Counted from the stretch's first letter, positions 39,921-61,270 are shown. The stretch is DNA of 64,000 nucleotides from Eledone cirrhosa (GCA_964016885.1 OZ024744.1:117800001-117864000); one strand, 5' to 3'. Numbers and translations: made by a program. Notes: generated by a model not told the origin, from the sequence alone.

Positions 39921-39925
<5 letters not shown>
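39587..39925 (+). mobile_element. 3' end of CR1-group LINE family CR1-b
   Basis: [13 protein letters not shown]...[16 protein letters not shown]; gtaaaaga-repeat tail; matches 44989-45330 in reverse. Confidence 0.85.
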
Positions 39926-42150
<2,225 letters not shown>

Positions 42151-42422
42151 CTACCAAATCAACTTTTCAAATGCAAGTCGAAGTTGAAAGGTATGTCGAA
42201 TCTATCTATTTATAAGACTGTTTATATTGTATTTTGTCTGAAGATGGCATAACATATTTTTAATATGATATCCCTGAAATATATATAATGAAATAAATAT
42301 GGTTTTATAAATATAATTTCCATTTATTTAATATCGTAAATATACTCCAAATACTTGTTGAGTGCTTTTATATCAGTTATAAATATTTACTCGTTGTAAC
42401 CCAACAATTTAAATAAAACTTT
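42151..42422 (+). mobile_element. Solo Naiad pLTR with hammerhead (42231-42294)
   Basis: Diverged copy of 33520-33792; attttgt CTGAAGA...GAAA tatata TA atgaaat. Confidence 0.85.
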
Positions 42423-42423
42423 G

Positions 42424-43460
<1,037 letters not shown>

Positions 43461-44100
43461 ATGTATACAGACGTACGATAGCATGCACATATATATATAT
43501 ACACATATATACATACATATGCATACAGGTACACATACATATATGCACGTATCAGTTTAGCGGCGCTAACGTCGCTTTGTTCGTTTGTAAACAAACTGAA
43601 CAGCCTGAATTTATGCCATACGGTGTTAAGGCAACCACGTCACCTTTTTGTTCAACACTGACACAGGAACGATGTACTAGTTTCAAGCTTGTTAGCTATC
43701 ATCAGCACCGTTTACCCATCTGCCAGATAGTTGAACGTTCGAAAGTATATACTTTCCTTATGAAAATTAACGGCTGAGCAGCCTAATTTGCATATTGAGT
43801 GAGTTAAATCGGTCAGGCATACCGAAAACGATAAATTGAAACAAAATGAAAACGAAATTTCATTTCTCACTCTTAGTATGGCACTTACTTAAATGTAAGT
43901 ATGCATGTATACGTACATACATATATGTATACAGACGTACAGTAGCATGCACATATATATATATACATATATACATACATATGCATACAGGTACACATAC
44001 ATATATGCACGTATCAGTTTAGCGGCGCTAACGTCGCTTTGTTCGTTTGTAAACAAACTGAACAGCCTGAATTTATGCCATACGGTGTTAAGGCAACCAC
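43461..44100 (-). mobile_element. Retrozyme-like non-coding element: ~463 bp unit with ~176 bp terminal direct repeat and one HHR
   Basis: 43461-43638 is repeated at 43925-44100, the HHR lies in the unique part, there is no credible ORF, and the flanks are TA-rich. Confidence 0.7.
43668..43712 (-). ncRNA. Minimal type I hammerhead ribozyme
   Basis: Reverse strand: aacggtg CTGATGA t agct-aaca-agct t GAAA ctag TA catcgtt. Stem I is 7 bp and stem III is the palindrome ACUAGU. Confidence 0.88.
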
Positions 44101-44204
44101 ATATATATATATAATGTAGGAGGTGAGTTTTATTGTAGTACAATAAAGCAATGCAGATATCGGATAAGAAGCACTCTACAGTTTGTGGGACTGGAGTATG
44201 CATA

Positions 44205-44862
44205 ATATATATATATATATATATGTATGTATATATATATATATGTATGTATATATATATATATGTATATATATATGTGTATATATATATATATGTATAT
44301 GTATATATATATGTGTATATATATGTATATGTATATATATATGTATGTATATATATGTATATGTATATATATATGTATATATATGTATATGTATATGTAT
44401 ATATGTGTATATGTATATGTGTATATATATATGTGTATATATATATGTATGTATATAATGTATATGTATATATGTATATATATATGTATATATATATATG
44501 TATATATATATGTATATATATATGTATATATATATATGTATATATATATATGTATATATATATATGTATATATATATATGTATATATATATATGTATATA
44601 TATATATGTGTATATATATATGTGTGTATATATATGTGTGTATATATATATGTATATATATATGTATATATATATATGTATATATATATATGTATATATA
44701 TATATGTATATATATGTATATATATAAATATATGTATATATATAAATATATGTATATATATATGTATATATGTATATATATATATATATGTATATGTATA
44801 TATATAAATATATGTATATATATATATATATGTATATATGTATATATATATATAAATATATG

Positions 44863-44909
<47 letters not shown>

Positions 44910-44940
44910 GTATATGTATATATATATGTATATGTATATA

Positions 44941-44988
<48 letters not shown>
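44205..44988. repeat. (TA)n/(TG) array
   Basis: Direct reading. Confidence 0.97.
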
Positions 44989-44989
<1 letters not shown>

Positions 44990-45630
44990 TACTCTTTTAC
45001 TCTTTTACATGTTTCAGCCATCCGGCTGAGGCCATGCTGGGGCACCGCCCTTGTTGCTACACATTTTATCTCCAGCCTGTATAGGTTGGCCACTGCTGTA
45101 GGAGGGAGTTTGTTGCTGCTGCCCTTAGGTTTCCCTCGTGTCTTGCTGTGGGCTCATCCGGGATCCTGGATAACAAGGTGTCGAGATGTTTCTTAAAGAC
45201 ATCCACCTCCACGTCATGCAAGTCTCGCAGATGCCTCGGCAGCCTGTTGAAGAGTTGAGGGCCCTTGAACCCCAAGCTATTGCAATATCTGCTCCTTATT
45301 CTAGATGTGGAAGACGGGACCTTTGGTGCCACACAGTGACATCCTGTTCGACGGTTGGTCCAGCTCCCAGTGCCAAAGTTTGGTGCTAGTCCCTCCAGGA
45401 TGTTCCACATGTAGATCACTGTGTATCTCTCCCGTCTTCACTCCAAGGAGTAGAGGTTCAGTTCTTTTAGCCTCTTCCAGTAGCTTGTCTCCCTCATCTT
45501 GGCAATCCTCTTGGTGTAGCTTCGCTGGATTGCCTCAAGCTCCGTGGTTAGTTTGACACTATGGGGTGACCACAGCTGGGAACAGTAGTCCAGGCGGCTT
45601 AGGACAAAAGTCCTCCACAGTGTCAACATG
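44989..45630 (-). mobile_element. 5'-truncated CR1-b LINE
   Basis: [34 protein letters not shown]; tail at the left end. Confidence 0.88.
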
Positions 45631-45836
45631 CTCTCAGAACTTTAACAATGGGAAGTTTGACACTTTTTTTGTTATTTTGTTCCTCTAACACCTTGTCCCT
45701 TCTACCATTTTATCAATTTTTAAGCTAACTCCAACAATAACAACACTTACAATGAGGAATGTTCTAATAACTGACCAATGAGAGGAGAAGGGGACCTGTG
45801 CCGCGAAAATTCGTTTGTTTGAATTCATATGACTCC

Positions 45837-47066
<1,230 letters not shown>

Positions 47067-47475
47067 AATGTAGGAGGTGAGTTTTATTGTAGTACAATAA
47101 AGCAATGCAGATATCGGATAAGAAGCACTCTACAGTTTGTGGGACTGGAGTATGCATAATATAAGATCAAAAGATGGTTAAAGGAGTTCCATATATTTTA
47201 TTATGCGCATTTCAAAAACAAACATCATCAAGCAATAATATTTGTGTTTTCATCAGATAAAACAGGAGAACATGGTATGAAGGCTAAAAATGTTGATTTA
47301 AAACTACATATGTTGATTTAAAACTGCACTATCAACAAGTGTTTTTTTAGCCTTCATATCATGTTCTCCTGTTTTATCTGATGAAAACACAAATATTATT
47401 GCTTGATGATGTTTGTTTTTGAAATGCGCATAATAAAATATATGGAACTCCTTTAACCATCTTTTGATCTTATAT
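47067..47475. mobile_element. Head-to-head foldback of the 2050-2345 family with two HHRs (47195-47263 minus; 47371-47439 plus)
   Basis: 47157-47290 is the reverse complement of 47343-47478; plus copy reads gttttat CTGATGA...GAAA tgcgca TA ataaaat. Confidence 0.88.
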
Positions 47476-47488
47476 TATATATATATAC

Positions 47489-47521
<33 letters not shown>

Positions 47522-47534
47522 CATATATATATAC

Positions 47535-47753
<219 letters not shown>

Positions 47754-47759
47754 CATATA

Positions 47760-48106
47760 TAACTTTGAATAACTTTGAAATGTTTTGGCCAGTATTGGCC
47801 CAGGCCATGTCTAACTTAATAGCACCACCTGGCGAAGTCTTTCAATTCAGGATTTGGGCACCATGGCCCATTCGAGAAGAGAATTACTGTTTGTGGAGAC
47901 ATATCCGGGTGTGGGTGGTTTGTCCGGGATTACTTGGAGGAATTTGTCCAAAGACTTCTTGAATTTTGTGTGGTCAGTTTCTGTTTTGACGTGTCCTGGT
48001 GTGATGTTGAAGAGAGCAGGGCCGATTGAGGTGAAATAATTGTGCCGTATTGTTGTTATGAGTTGCGATTTAGATTTTTGAATGGGACAGATAGCACGGG
48101 GCCCAA
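47760..48106 (-). mobile_element. 3' end of CR1-a LINE (third copy)
   Basis: Matches 3768-4112 in reverse; (TA)n on both sides. Confidence 0.9.
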
Positions 48107-48137
48107 TACATATATATATACACATATATATATATAC

Positions 48138-48466
<329 letters not shown>

Positions 48467-48468
48467 CA

Positions 48469-48833
48469 TTATGAAGAGAGAAGAAACATTTAGATATAAT
48501 TAGTAATAAAATGTATCATACCTAAACTGCTCCTAAATTCCTCGACTACGTAGTTTCGTGGCATAAACAAAAACAATATATCATAAAGATATAGAGTCCC
48601 TGCGAGGTCTGCCGACTTATCAAGAGGATACCTCATTTTACTAGTCTCAAGAACGCGTCTACACGACGTGAGAAAGAATCCCAAAAGGCGGAGGGGGAGA
48701 TAGTCACGCGATATAACGGTCGAGAAACAGAGCTAAGCCTCTTATAACCATTATCTCGACCGTTATATCGCGTGACTATCTCCCCCTCCGCCTTTTGGGA
48801 TTCTTTCTCACGTCGTGTAGACGCGTTCTTGAG
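48469..48833 (-). mobile_element. HHR-bearing PLE-like fragment ending in a perfect 80 bp foldback (48646-48725 / 48754-48833)
   Basis: Exact inverted arms with a 28 nt spacer; abuts RTE-C. Confidence 0.8.
48539..48628 (-). ncRNA. Hammerhead with U3-A8 covariant core and a large stem II loop
   Basis: Reverse strand: tcctc TTGATAA gtcggca...(~45 nt)...tgccac GAAA ctacgtag TC gagga. Confidence 0.78.
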
Positions 48834-49749
48834 GGTTCTATAGAAATAGTGGACAGCTTCCGTTACCTGGGTGACAAAATCAGCAGTGGGGGAGGGTGCT
48901 CTGATAGTACAGTAGCTAGAGTCAGAACTGCATGGAAAAAGTTCAGAGAGCTTATACCACTATTAGCCGCTAAAGGGTTCTCCCTAAAAATGAAAGACAG
49001 GTTGTATGATGCCTGCATACGAACAGCAATGTTGCATGGCAGTGAGACCTGGGCATTGTGTGCAGAGGATATACGCAGACTAGAGAGGAACGAAGCTTGC
49101 ATGCTCCGCTGGATGTGTAATAGTAATATACGTGAATGGCAAAGCATAAACGAACTAAGGAAAAAATTAGAAATAAGAGGGATCGGATGTTGTTTACTCG
49201 AGAGAAGGCTACGTTGGTATGGACACGTGATGCGCATGAAAGTCGATAGCTGTATAACAAAGTGCAGGGCAATAAAGATAGACGGTAGCCACGGAATAGG
49301 CAGACCTAGAAAAACCTGGGATGAGCTGATAAACTCCGACCTCACACACTTACACCTCTCCAAGACAATGTCACTGGACCGAGACCTTTGGCGGTACTCA
49401 GTAATAGAGAAGACCCGCCTTACCTAAATACATAGTAAAACCTACTACAGTCAGTAGGCATCTCTAACAAAATACACCCCGTCCCACCTCCCCCACCCCA
49501 TCCACACCACCCCCTTCTATGTAAAGTTATGTTGGTGCCACACCATCCAGGCCGAAACAAATGAAATCATGTAGGTGTCACGACAAAAAACACACAGTCC
49601 ACGCTGTAATGTGGCCGTGTAGGCAACACGGTAAAAACCTCCCAGCCCCACACTGTAAATGTGGTTGGTGTTAGGAAGGGCATCCAGCTGTAGAAAACCT
49701 GCCAGACAGTCCTATGCGAGCAAGACAATCACTCTTGCCTCAAGTGGGA
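48831..49749 (+). mobile_element. RTE-C fragment (second copy), lacking its final ~60 bp and tail
   Basis: High identity to 15653-16570. Confidence 0.9.
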
Positions 49750-49769
49750 AAACTCCCGTATATGTGGAT

Positions 49770-50261
49770 AAACCAGGGCTTTCTTTCATTCTGAAGATTG
49801 AAGGAAACTTTTTTTGCTTTTAAGAAACCTCTGATGAATGGATTAATTGCCTTGTATGGCTTTATTACTTTACTACTATATATACGTTTATGTAAGGTTC
49901 ATTTGTCTTATCTAATACTGAGCTTTACACATACACACATGTATATGTGTGTGTGTATGTGTATGCATGTGTGTATGTGTACGTGTATGTGTGTATATAT
50001 ATATATATATTTATATGTATATATGTGTATATATATATATGTGAATATGTATGTATATGTTGCGTGTGTTTTTATTTATTTTTATGTATGTGTGGGTTTG
50101 TGTGTGGGTGTGTGTGTGTGTATATATGTGTGTGTGTTTGTATTTGGTTGTGCGTTCTTTTGATATATACGTATTTGCATGTGTATAATTGTTTAGCTAT
50201 GTATGTATATGTGTGTTTACGTATTTATATGTGTGTGTGCGTTTATATTTTTATATTTTTG

Positions 50262-50300
<39 letters not shown>

Positions 50301-50750
50301 GTGTGTGTGTGCGTATATAATTACATATACATGTGTGTGTTTATATTGTATACGTGTACGTGTTTGCGTATGTATGTGTATGTACGTGTTTATGTATTTG
50401 TATATGTATATTTATGTGTGAGAGTGTGTGTATGTGTTTACTATTTCGAACGTATGTATATGTGCTTATGTGTGTATTACTTACCACGCGTGTCTGTCCT
50501 GTTAGCTGGGGCATGTATCGCTGTCAAATATTTGTTAATATTATTTATATATTTTTTTCTTATATTTATTTGCGTGTGTTAATATGTAGTGGAGTGCATT
50601 CATGTATGTGTATGTATGTACGTTGTATGTTTGTGTGAATGTATGTTTATGTGTGTGTATATATATGTGTGTGTGTATGTGTAGGCTTGTACACACACAT
50701 GTGTGTGTGTGTGTGTGTGTATATGTATATGTGTATATGTGTGTATATGT

Positions 50751-50781
<31 letters not shown>

Positions 50782-50863
50782 TATGTGTGTGTGTGTGTGT
50801 GTGTATGAATATATGTATGTGTATATGTGTGTATATATGTGTATGTGTGTGTAGGTGTACGCT

Positions 50864-50919
<56 letters not shown>

Positions 50920-51228
50920 ATGTGTATATGTGTATGCGTGCAAATTATATGTGTATATATGTGTGTGTGTGTAAGTATGCTTTTGTGTTTTTTTTTGTTT
51001 TTTTTTGTTTTTTTTGTGTGTTTGCATGTGTAGTTTTATTTTATTTTATTTTTCCTTTCCTTCTCCCTTTTCCAGCCTCACTTTCATATAGATTGCATTT
51101 TTGTTTTTAGAATCCATATTCAATAAACAAACCAGGATTTTTCATTCTGAGGATTGAAAGCAAAACCTTTTGCTTTTAAGAAACCACTGGTAAATGGAAT
51201 AATTGCCTTATGTTGTTTATTACATAAT

Positions 51229-51235
<7 letters not shown>
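49770..51235 (+). mobile_element. TG-rich non-coding segment between two diverged HHR-bearing direct repeats (49770-49870 / 51130-51225)
   Basis: aaaccagg...cattctgaRgattgaa...aagaaacc...aattgcctt occurs twice; the first HHR (49785-49842) is decayed. Confidence 0.65.
51141..51198 (+). ncRNA. Hammerhead ribozyme
   Basis: ttcatt CTGAGGA ttgaaagcaaa-acct-tttgcttttaa GAAA ccactgg TA aatgga. Confidence 0.88.
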
Positions 51236-51260
<25 letters not shown>

Positions 51261-53926
51261 CATCATCATCATCATCATCACCGTTTTACGTCCGTTCTTC
51301 CACGCTAGCATGGGTTAGACGGGTTGTCCTGTTGTGGGCAGTGTCTGGTCGGTTGACCATGCCTTGCTCATACAGGAACTGATCTGGCTTGATTTCTACA
51401 GCTGGATGCCCTTCCTAACACCAACCTCATTTACAGTGAGTGCTGGGTGCTTTTTCGTGGCGCCTACACGTCCACTTTACAGTGTGGGCTGGGTGCTTTT
51501 TTGCCGTGGCACCTCCACGACCACCTTGCGGTGGGGGGAGTGGGGGCATATTGTTTATATGCTTCAGCATGTACCCATGGGAGGTCGGGTACCCTGTATT
51601 ACAGCGTGACGCCAGAAGTGACGGTCGTGTGTCATTGTCTTTGAGAGGTGTAGTTGGGTAAGGTCGGCTTTTATCACCTCATCCCAATTCATCTTGGGTC
51701 TCCCCACTCCGCGGTTTCCATCAACTTCTAGTGCTCTGCACCTTTTTATGCAGCTGTCATCCTTCATACGCATCACATGTCCATACCAGCGTAACCGCCT
51801 CTCCTGCACGCAGCATTTGATTTCTCTTATGCTCAGCCTCTCTCTCAATTCCTTTATGCTTTGTCGTTCACGTATATTACTGTTACACATCCATCGGAGC
51901 ATGCAGGCTTTGTTTCTCTCTAATCTACGTAAGTCTTCCACCTTCAGCGCCCAGGTCTCACTACCATCCAACATCGCTGTTCGGATACACGCATCATACA
52001 GTCTGCCTTTCATTCTGAGGGAGAAGCCTTTTGCAGCTAGCAGTGGTAGTAGTTCCCTAAACTTCTTCCATCCCGTTCTTATCCTAGTTATTGTACTTTC
52101 TGAGCACCCACCTCCGTTGCTAATTCGGTCACCTAGGTAGCAGAAGCTGTCTACTGTTTCTACAGGGCCCTCCCAGAGATTGGTGGTACTTGTTTCCTGT
52201 GGCTGTTTGCTTGCTGTTTCAGCACAGCTGCTGCATGTGAATCCTACATTCTTAATTAAGCTTCCTGAGATCCCGCTACATCTCTTGTGTACCCATTGTT
52301 TGCATTTGGGGCAGAGAATGGAGTTGCTACCTACACCTTTCCTACATACTGAGCAAGGCCATTTCCCTGAGGGGATCTGGGTTCTGTTTTCTCGTCTACT
52401 TACAAGGACCTTAGTCTTTGTCATGTTGACTTTGAGGCCCTTTCTCTCTAGTCCCTGCTTCCAGGTTTGGAATTTATTCTCTAGTTCTACCATAGATTCA
52501 GCTATGAGTGCGAGGTCATCAGCATACAGGAGTTCCCATGGGCATCCGGTCTTAAACTCCTCCGTTATTGCCTGCAGGACTATGATGAACAGGAGAGGGC
52601 TAAGAACAGAGCCCTGGTGGACCCCAACCTGTACGCTAAATTCCTCGCTATACTCATTGCTAATCTTAACTTTGCTGACTGCTCCCCTATACATGGCTTG
52701 TACCGCTTTCACAAGCCATTCATCTACTCCTAGTTTTCTAAGAGCCCACCAGATTACTGCACGTGGAACTCTGTCAAAGGCCTTCTCAAGGTCGACAAAT
52801 GCCAAGTAGAGTGGCTTACTTTTAGCTAGGTACATTTCCTGTAATTGCCTCACAAGGAAGAGGGCATCAGTGGTGCCTCTCCCTGGTACAAACCCAAATT
52901 GCATCTCGTCTATATTCACCCGGTCCCTAATCAGCTGTGCTATAACTCTTTCTGTTACTTTCATGACCTGGTCCATCAACTTTATACCTCTATAGTTTCC
53001 TCTATCTAGTGCATCGCCTTTACCTTTGTAGCAGTTGACAATGATGCTACTGCACCAATCTTTTGGTATGGTCCCTTCTAGTATTACCTGGTTAACGATA
53101 CGTGTGGTTATAGTGTGACCTACAGACCCAGATGCCTTCAGCATCTCGGCAGCTATACCCGATGGACCGGTTGCCTTCCCCATCTTCATATCTCTGATTG
53201 CCTTACTTACTACGCTGCCGCTGACTTGTACTGCTGGTCCCTCTATAGGGTCTACCTGGGGTAGGGTCTCTTCTTCCCATGCATTCTCCTCATTTAGTAA
53301 TCTATCATAATGACTCTTCCATGCATCTTTCTTCTCAGCACTTGTGAGGGCAAGCTCACCTTTATCATTCCGAATACACTTCTCTCCAATGACATCACAA
53401 CTATCTCTGACACACTGCCTCGCAATCTTGAATACCTCCTGTTTCTGGTCCTCACGTTGTAAAACATGCTTGAATTTTCTATTCTCTGCTTCCCTCCTAG
53501 CTAAGTATACTTGTCGCCTAGCTTCCCTCTTGGTCTCTATGTAATGTACCCTGCTCCCCCCGTTCTTCCATTCTTTCCATGCCTGTCTCTTGGCCTTGAC
53601 TGCTTCATCTACCTTATTGTTCCACCACCAAGTCACTCTCCTCCTGCTTGAGGTCTTACTCCAGCCACAAACCTCATCCGTCGCCTCTAGTAAGTTATTT
53701 TTTAGGAACTCCCAGTTCTCTTCTATGTTAAATGTCTCTATCTGTTCTTCTTTACTGTCGTAGGCGTTGAATAAAATATCTTTAAATCTGTTACTGGTTG
53801 AGGGGACTTTCAGCTTCCAGATCTTTCTTCTCCAGGTTGGCCTCTGTTTCAGGGCTCGTCTAGTTCTGACCGTGAGGTCGCTGACAACTAAGCTATGTTG
53901 GGATGTACATTCCTCACTAGGGAAGG

Positions 53927-53930
<4 letters not shown>
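51261..53930 (-). mobile_element. 5'-truncated RTE-B LINE with uninterrupted RT frame, 3' UTR and (atg)n tail
   Basis: QHSLV (end of APE), NYRGIKL, DLEKAFD, GVHQGS, LLYADD and RRLRWYGHV. Confidence 0.94.
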
Positions 53931-54750
<820 letters not shown>

Positions 54751-54752
<2 letters not shown>

Positions 54753-55619
54753 ATGTATAAAAATCAATACAATATAATTACCTCATTACCAGAGGTTTCC
54801 CGAATGAGGCGAATACGAAATAAACGACTTCATTCGTTCGTCAGACGAGGCAATATAAAACATGGGCAAATACTTAGAAAAACACATCAAGAAAATCAAA
54901 AAAAGATATAGATAAATGAAATAGAAATTGAAATATATAAAAATCTATCAAGAAGTATAGTTAGGTGTGTGTATATGTATGCATATACGCTCCCAGATGT
55001 GCATATATGTATATATGCACATGTAAATGTATAGTGAGAAAGTGTGCGTAATTCTAAAATATGTATCTATATGTCTGTATTATACAGACAGAAATGGTTA
55101 CATCGTAAATATATGAATATGAAAGCGCGCGCATAAAACGCTTGGACACTCGTACACTTAGATGCGGAAAGAAAGGAGGTAAAGGGAGTGTAATAATTAA
55201 AAGAAAAGTATCAGTCTCGATATATTTATAAAAATATAATAACGATAAATTAGAAAGAAAAGATATTTTAAAGAAAACAAAAAAAGGGGGGTACATACAT
55301 ACACAGACACGCTTGTCTCACAAAAGAAATATAAAAATAATTATGCTTATATACACACGCGCACTTACACTTCCATACGTTCGATACGTACATACACACA
55401 CACACACACACACATACTTATACTCACGCATATAAACCTGTTTGCATGCGCACGTATGAAACTGAGTAAGTAAAAAAAGAGGGAAGGGGGGGGAGAAGGA
55501 AAAAGGAACAAAACATAAAACCGAGATGTCAAAAACACGGATATAAAGACACGTACACATACGCATAATATATACATACACACACACACACACAAACACC
55601 TGTACACACACATATATAT

Positions 55620-55660
<41 letters not shown>

Positions 55661-56268
55661 CATACACGCACGCGCGCGCACATACGTAGTCACTCATGTA
55701 CATATATAAAAAGTATACACACATTAAGGCGTTCAGCCATATTGAAATGTATATAAATAAGTACAAATATAAAATTGTAAGATAGGCTGCGCAAAAATAA
55801 AATAAAAATAAAAATGAAAAATATATCTGGATTGAAAAACACAAAAGACAAGTGTAATCAGTTAGTGGAGGTAAAAGAAGGGGAAGTAAAAAATAGAAAA
55901 TAGAAAATAGGAAGTGGATCGGAGAATAAAGGGGGGGGGGGGGGGGGGGGTGAAGTAAAAATAAATTAAAGTGAAAATAAATGAAATTATTGACAAGGAT
56001 AAAAATGAAGGTAAGTCAGAAAGGGTAATTAAAAAGAGAATAATCAGAGTTTATGGAGGATAAGTGTCTGAAAGTGTGTTAAGTTTATATGAGCTGGAAA
56101 GCAGGTGTGATTTCATGTGTGGGCAACTGGTGAAAATTTCCGTCTTTGTGTTCAGGCAGGTCTTTGGTGATTTAAGATTTTGCAATATCCAACATTTTTC
56201 GTTTATGCAGAGCGTGCATTTTCTTGTTCCTCTAGCATATTTTTTAGATTGGTTCAAAATTGACCAAT
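54751..56268 (-). mobile_element. 3' fragment of another Naiad-type PLE (GIY-YIG C-terminus, 3' UTR, pLTR)
   Basis: WSIL...CTLCINEK...[13 protein letters not shown] at 56051-56268, with an HHR at the end of the UTR. Confidence 0.82.
54781..54850 (-). ncRNA. Hammerhead ribozyme
   Basis: Reverse strand: cctcgt CTGACGA a cgaatga...tcattcg g GAAA cctctgg TA atgagg. Confidence 0.78.
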
Positions 56269-59356
<3,088 letters not shown>

Positions 59357-59451
59357 GCTCACACACACACACACATGGGGGGTGAAAGCAGAAATTTCTT
59401 AAACTTTTAATCTGTGCTAATGATAAATAATTAATATATATATGTGTGATG

Positions 59452-59488
<37 letters not shown>

Positions 59489-59969
59489 AAACTTCATTAT
59501 TCTATTACGTGTAACAGGCCATCCTGGAGCATGCATATTTTATTAAACACCTCAAAAATCTTGTTTATGTTGAAAATTTATTAAAACACAAAGACAGTTT
59601 ACTATCTGCTCGTTATAAATATAGTTAAACGAGAGACTTGATTAGCTTCATCTCACAAATTGGTTATGTAGCAACGTAATTAACATATTAACAAACTCAA
59701 GTGAATTATGAAGAATTTTTCTTTATCATGATTTCATGCAGAGAATATCTCTACGCAGGATGTTCAGGTCAATGGTTATGTGAGAATGCCACTTATTTTC
59801 AGTTAGTTAAACCAAAAGTCACGTCAGCAATCACTTAGATTGTGACTTTTAGCGTAACTATTTGTAAAATATGTGACATTAACCAAATTACTCTGTTCAA
59901 AGAACTTCAGAATGGTAAATAAATGTTAACAGAGAACCAAGATTTGTAATCAGAATTTATCTTGTCAGA

Positions 59970-60205
59970 TTAACCCTTTTGATACAAGCACAGCCAAAAC
60001 CAGCTCTGGTTCTATCAAATAAAAGCACCCATTATAAAGAGTTCCTATTAACCCTTTAGTTACCAACCCAGCCAAAACCAGCTCTGGTTTTATGAAATAA
60101 AACCATTCATTATAAAGAGTTCCTATTTAACCCTTTAGTTACCAACCCAGCCAAAACCAGTTCTGGTGCTGTGAAACATATCCACCCTTTTTAAAGGGTT
60201 CTTAT
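59970..60205 (+). repeat. Three tandem ~78 bp units beginning TTAACCCTTT (piggyBac-like terminus)
   Basis: ttaaccctttagttaccaacccagccaaaaccagctctgg...aaagagttccta x3, diverged. Confidence 0.7.
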
Positions 60206-60980
60206 TTTTTAATCTTCCAACATAATTTGTATAATTTATAAGAACTATATAAGCATATATCAATTTCATCATCTTAATCATTCACCGTTTCCACCTTCGG
60301 CAAATTGCAAACTAACATGACTTCTACCCTGAATTATACCCTCCCTACACACCAGACACTTTACAAACATTGTCTCACCAACACCTCACTGGTCTACCCC
60401 TATTTCTTCTACCCTGAATTCTACCCACCATGTTTTAGAAAGACCATTTTGTCAATGTTTTACCTGACCAAAGATCTTCAGGACTTTGTTTTTGATAATA
60501 CACAGGAACTAGTTTAGCAGCTTCTAGGAGAGCCAGAGTTTTTATAGTCAAGTAGTTTGTGGTTTGTCATGAACCTCTTAATATAGTTTTGAAAAGTCTA
60601 GATTTTACTAATCCTGGACGAGATCCAGTTCACACATTCAAGACAATAAGTAACAAGATAAAGGAGATACAAGTCTTAGGTTTTACATTTGATTTAAAAT
60701 TTGGATCAGTTTTCAGGTAAAAAATTCCTCACTTTTCTTAAAATCTACCACCCTAAACCTATTCTGTGACAAACTGCAGCAGAACTATCATTCGTGCTTG
60801 ACAGATTATGGCCTAGAGAGACACACTCTCGAATTTGTATGGGTTTATGATATATTGTAAGGTGTAATTTTGATAAATCTCACAAAATGTTTCAATTATT
60901 AACTTAAAAATTGTGTATTTTGTTAGAAATACAATCATGAGAGTAATAAATGCTTCAGTATTTGTTCTGACTCTCTAGGC

Positions 60981-61270
60981 CAGGCATGGGCAACCTTTTT
61001 CGAGAAGCGGGTCACATGAGATATGCTTCATCATCAGGTGGGTCGCAAGTGCTAATTTACATTCGTGCCCACATTAAAAAAAGGGTGGTAACTCAGGTTG
61101 TTTTGATTTGTTTCATCAGAATCCGTACACGTTGTTTTCCTCCATTGTAAAAATGATATAAAGATGAATTACGACTGAAAAGTTGGGGTAAAAAAATCAG
61201 AAAGATTTCACTTAGGTGACTTAGGCGAGCCATTCAGAAAGCTTCGTGGGCCGCAGGTTGCCCATGACTG
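60981..61270. mobile_element. hAT (Charlie-type) MITE
   Basis: TIRs caggcatgggcaacct / aggttgcccatgactg; degenerate 8 bp TSD ctctaggc / atctagac. Confidence 0.85.

Noticed and set aside
47760-48106. Fixed orientation of CR1-a relative to microsatellite G/C polarity
   Set aside because: Two copies fit the rule, but this third copy contradicts it.
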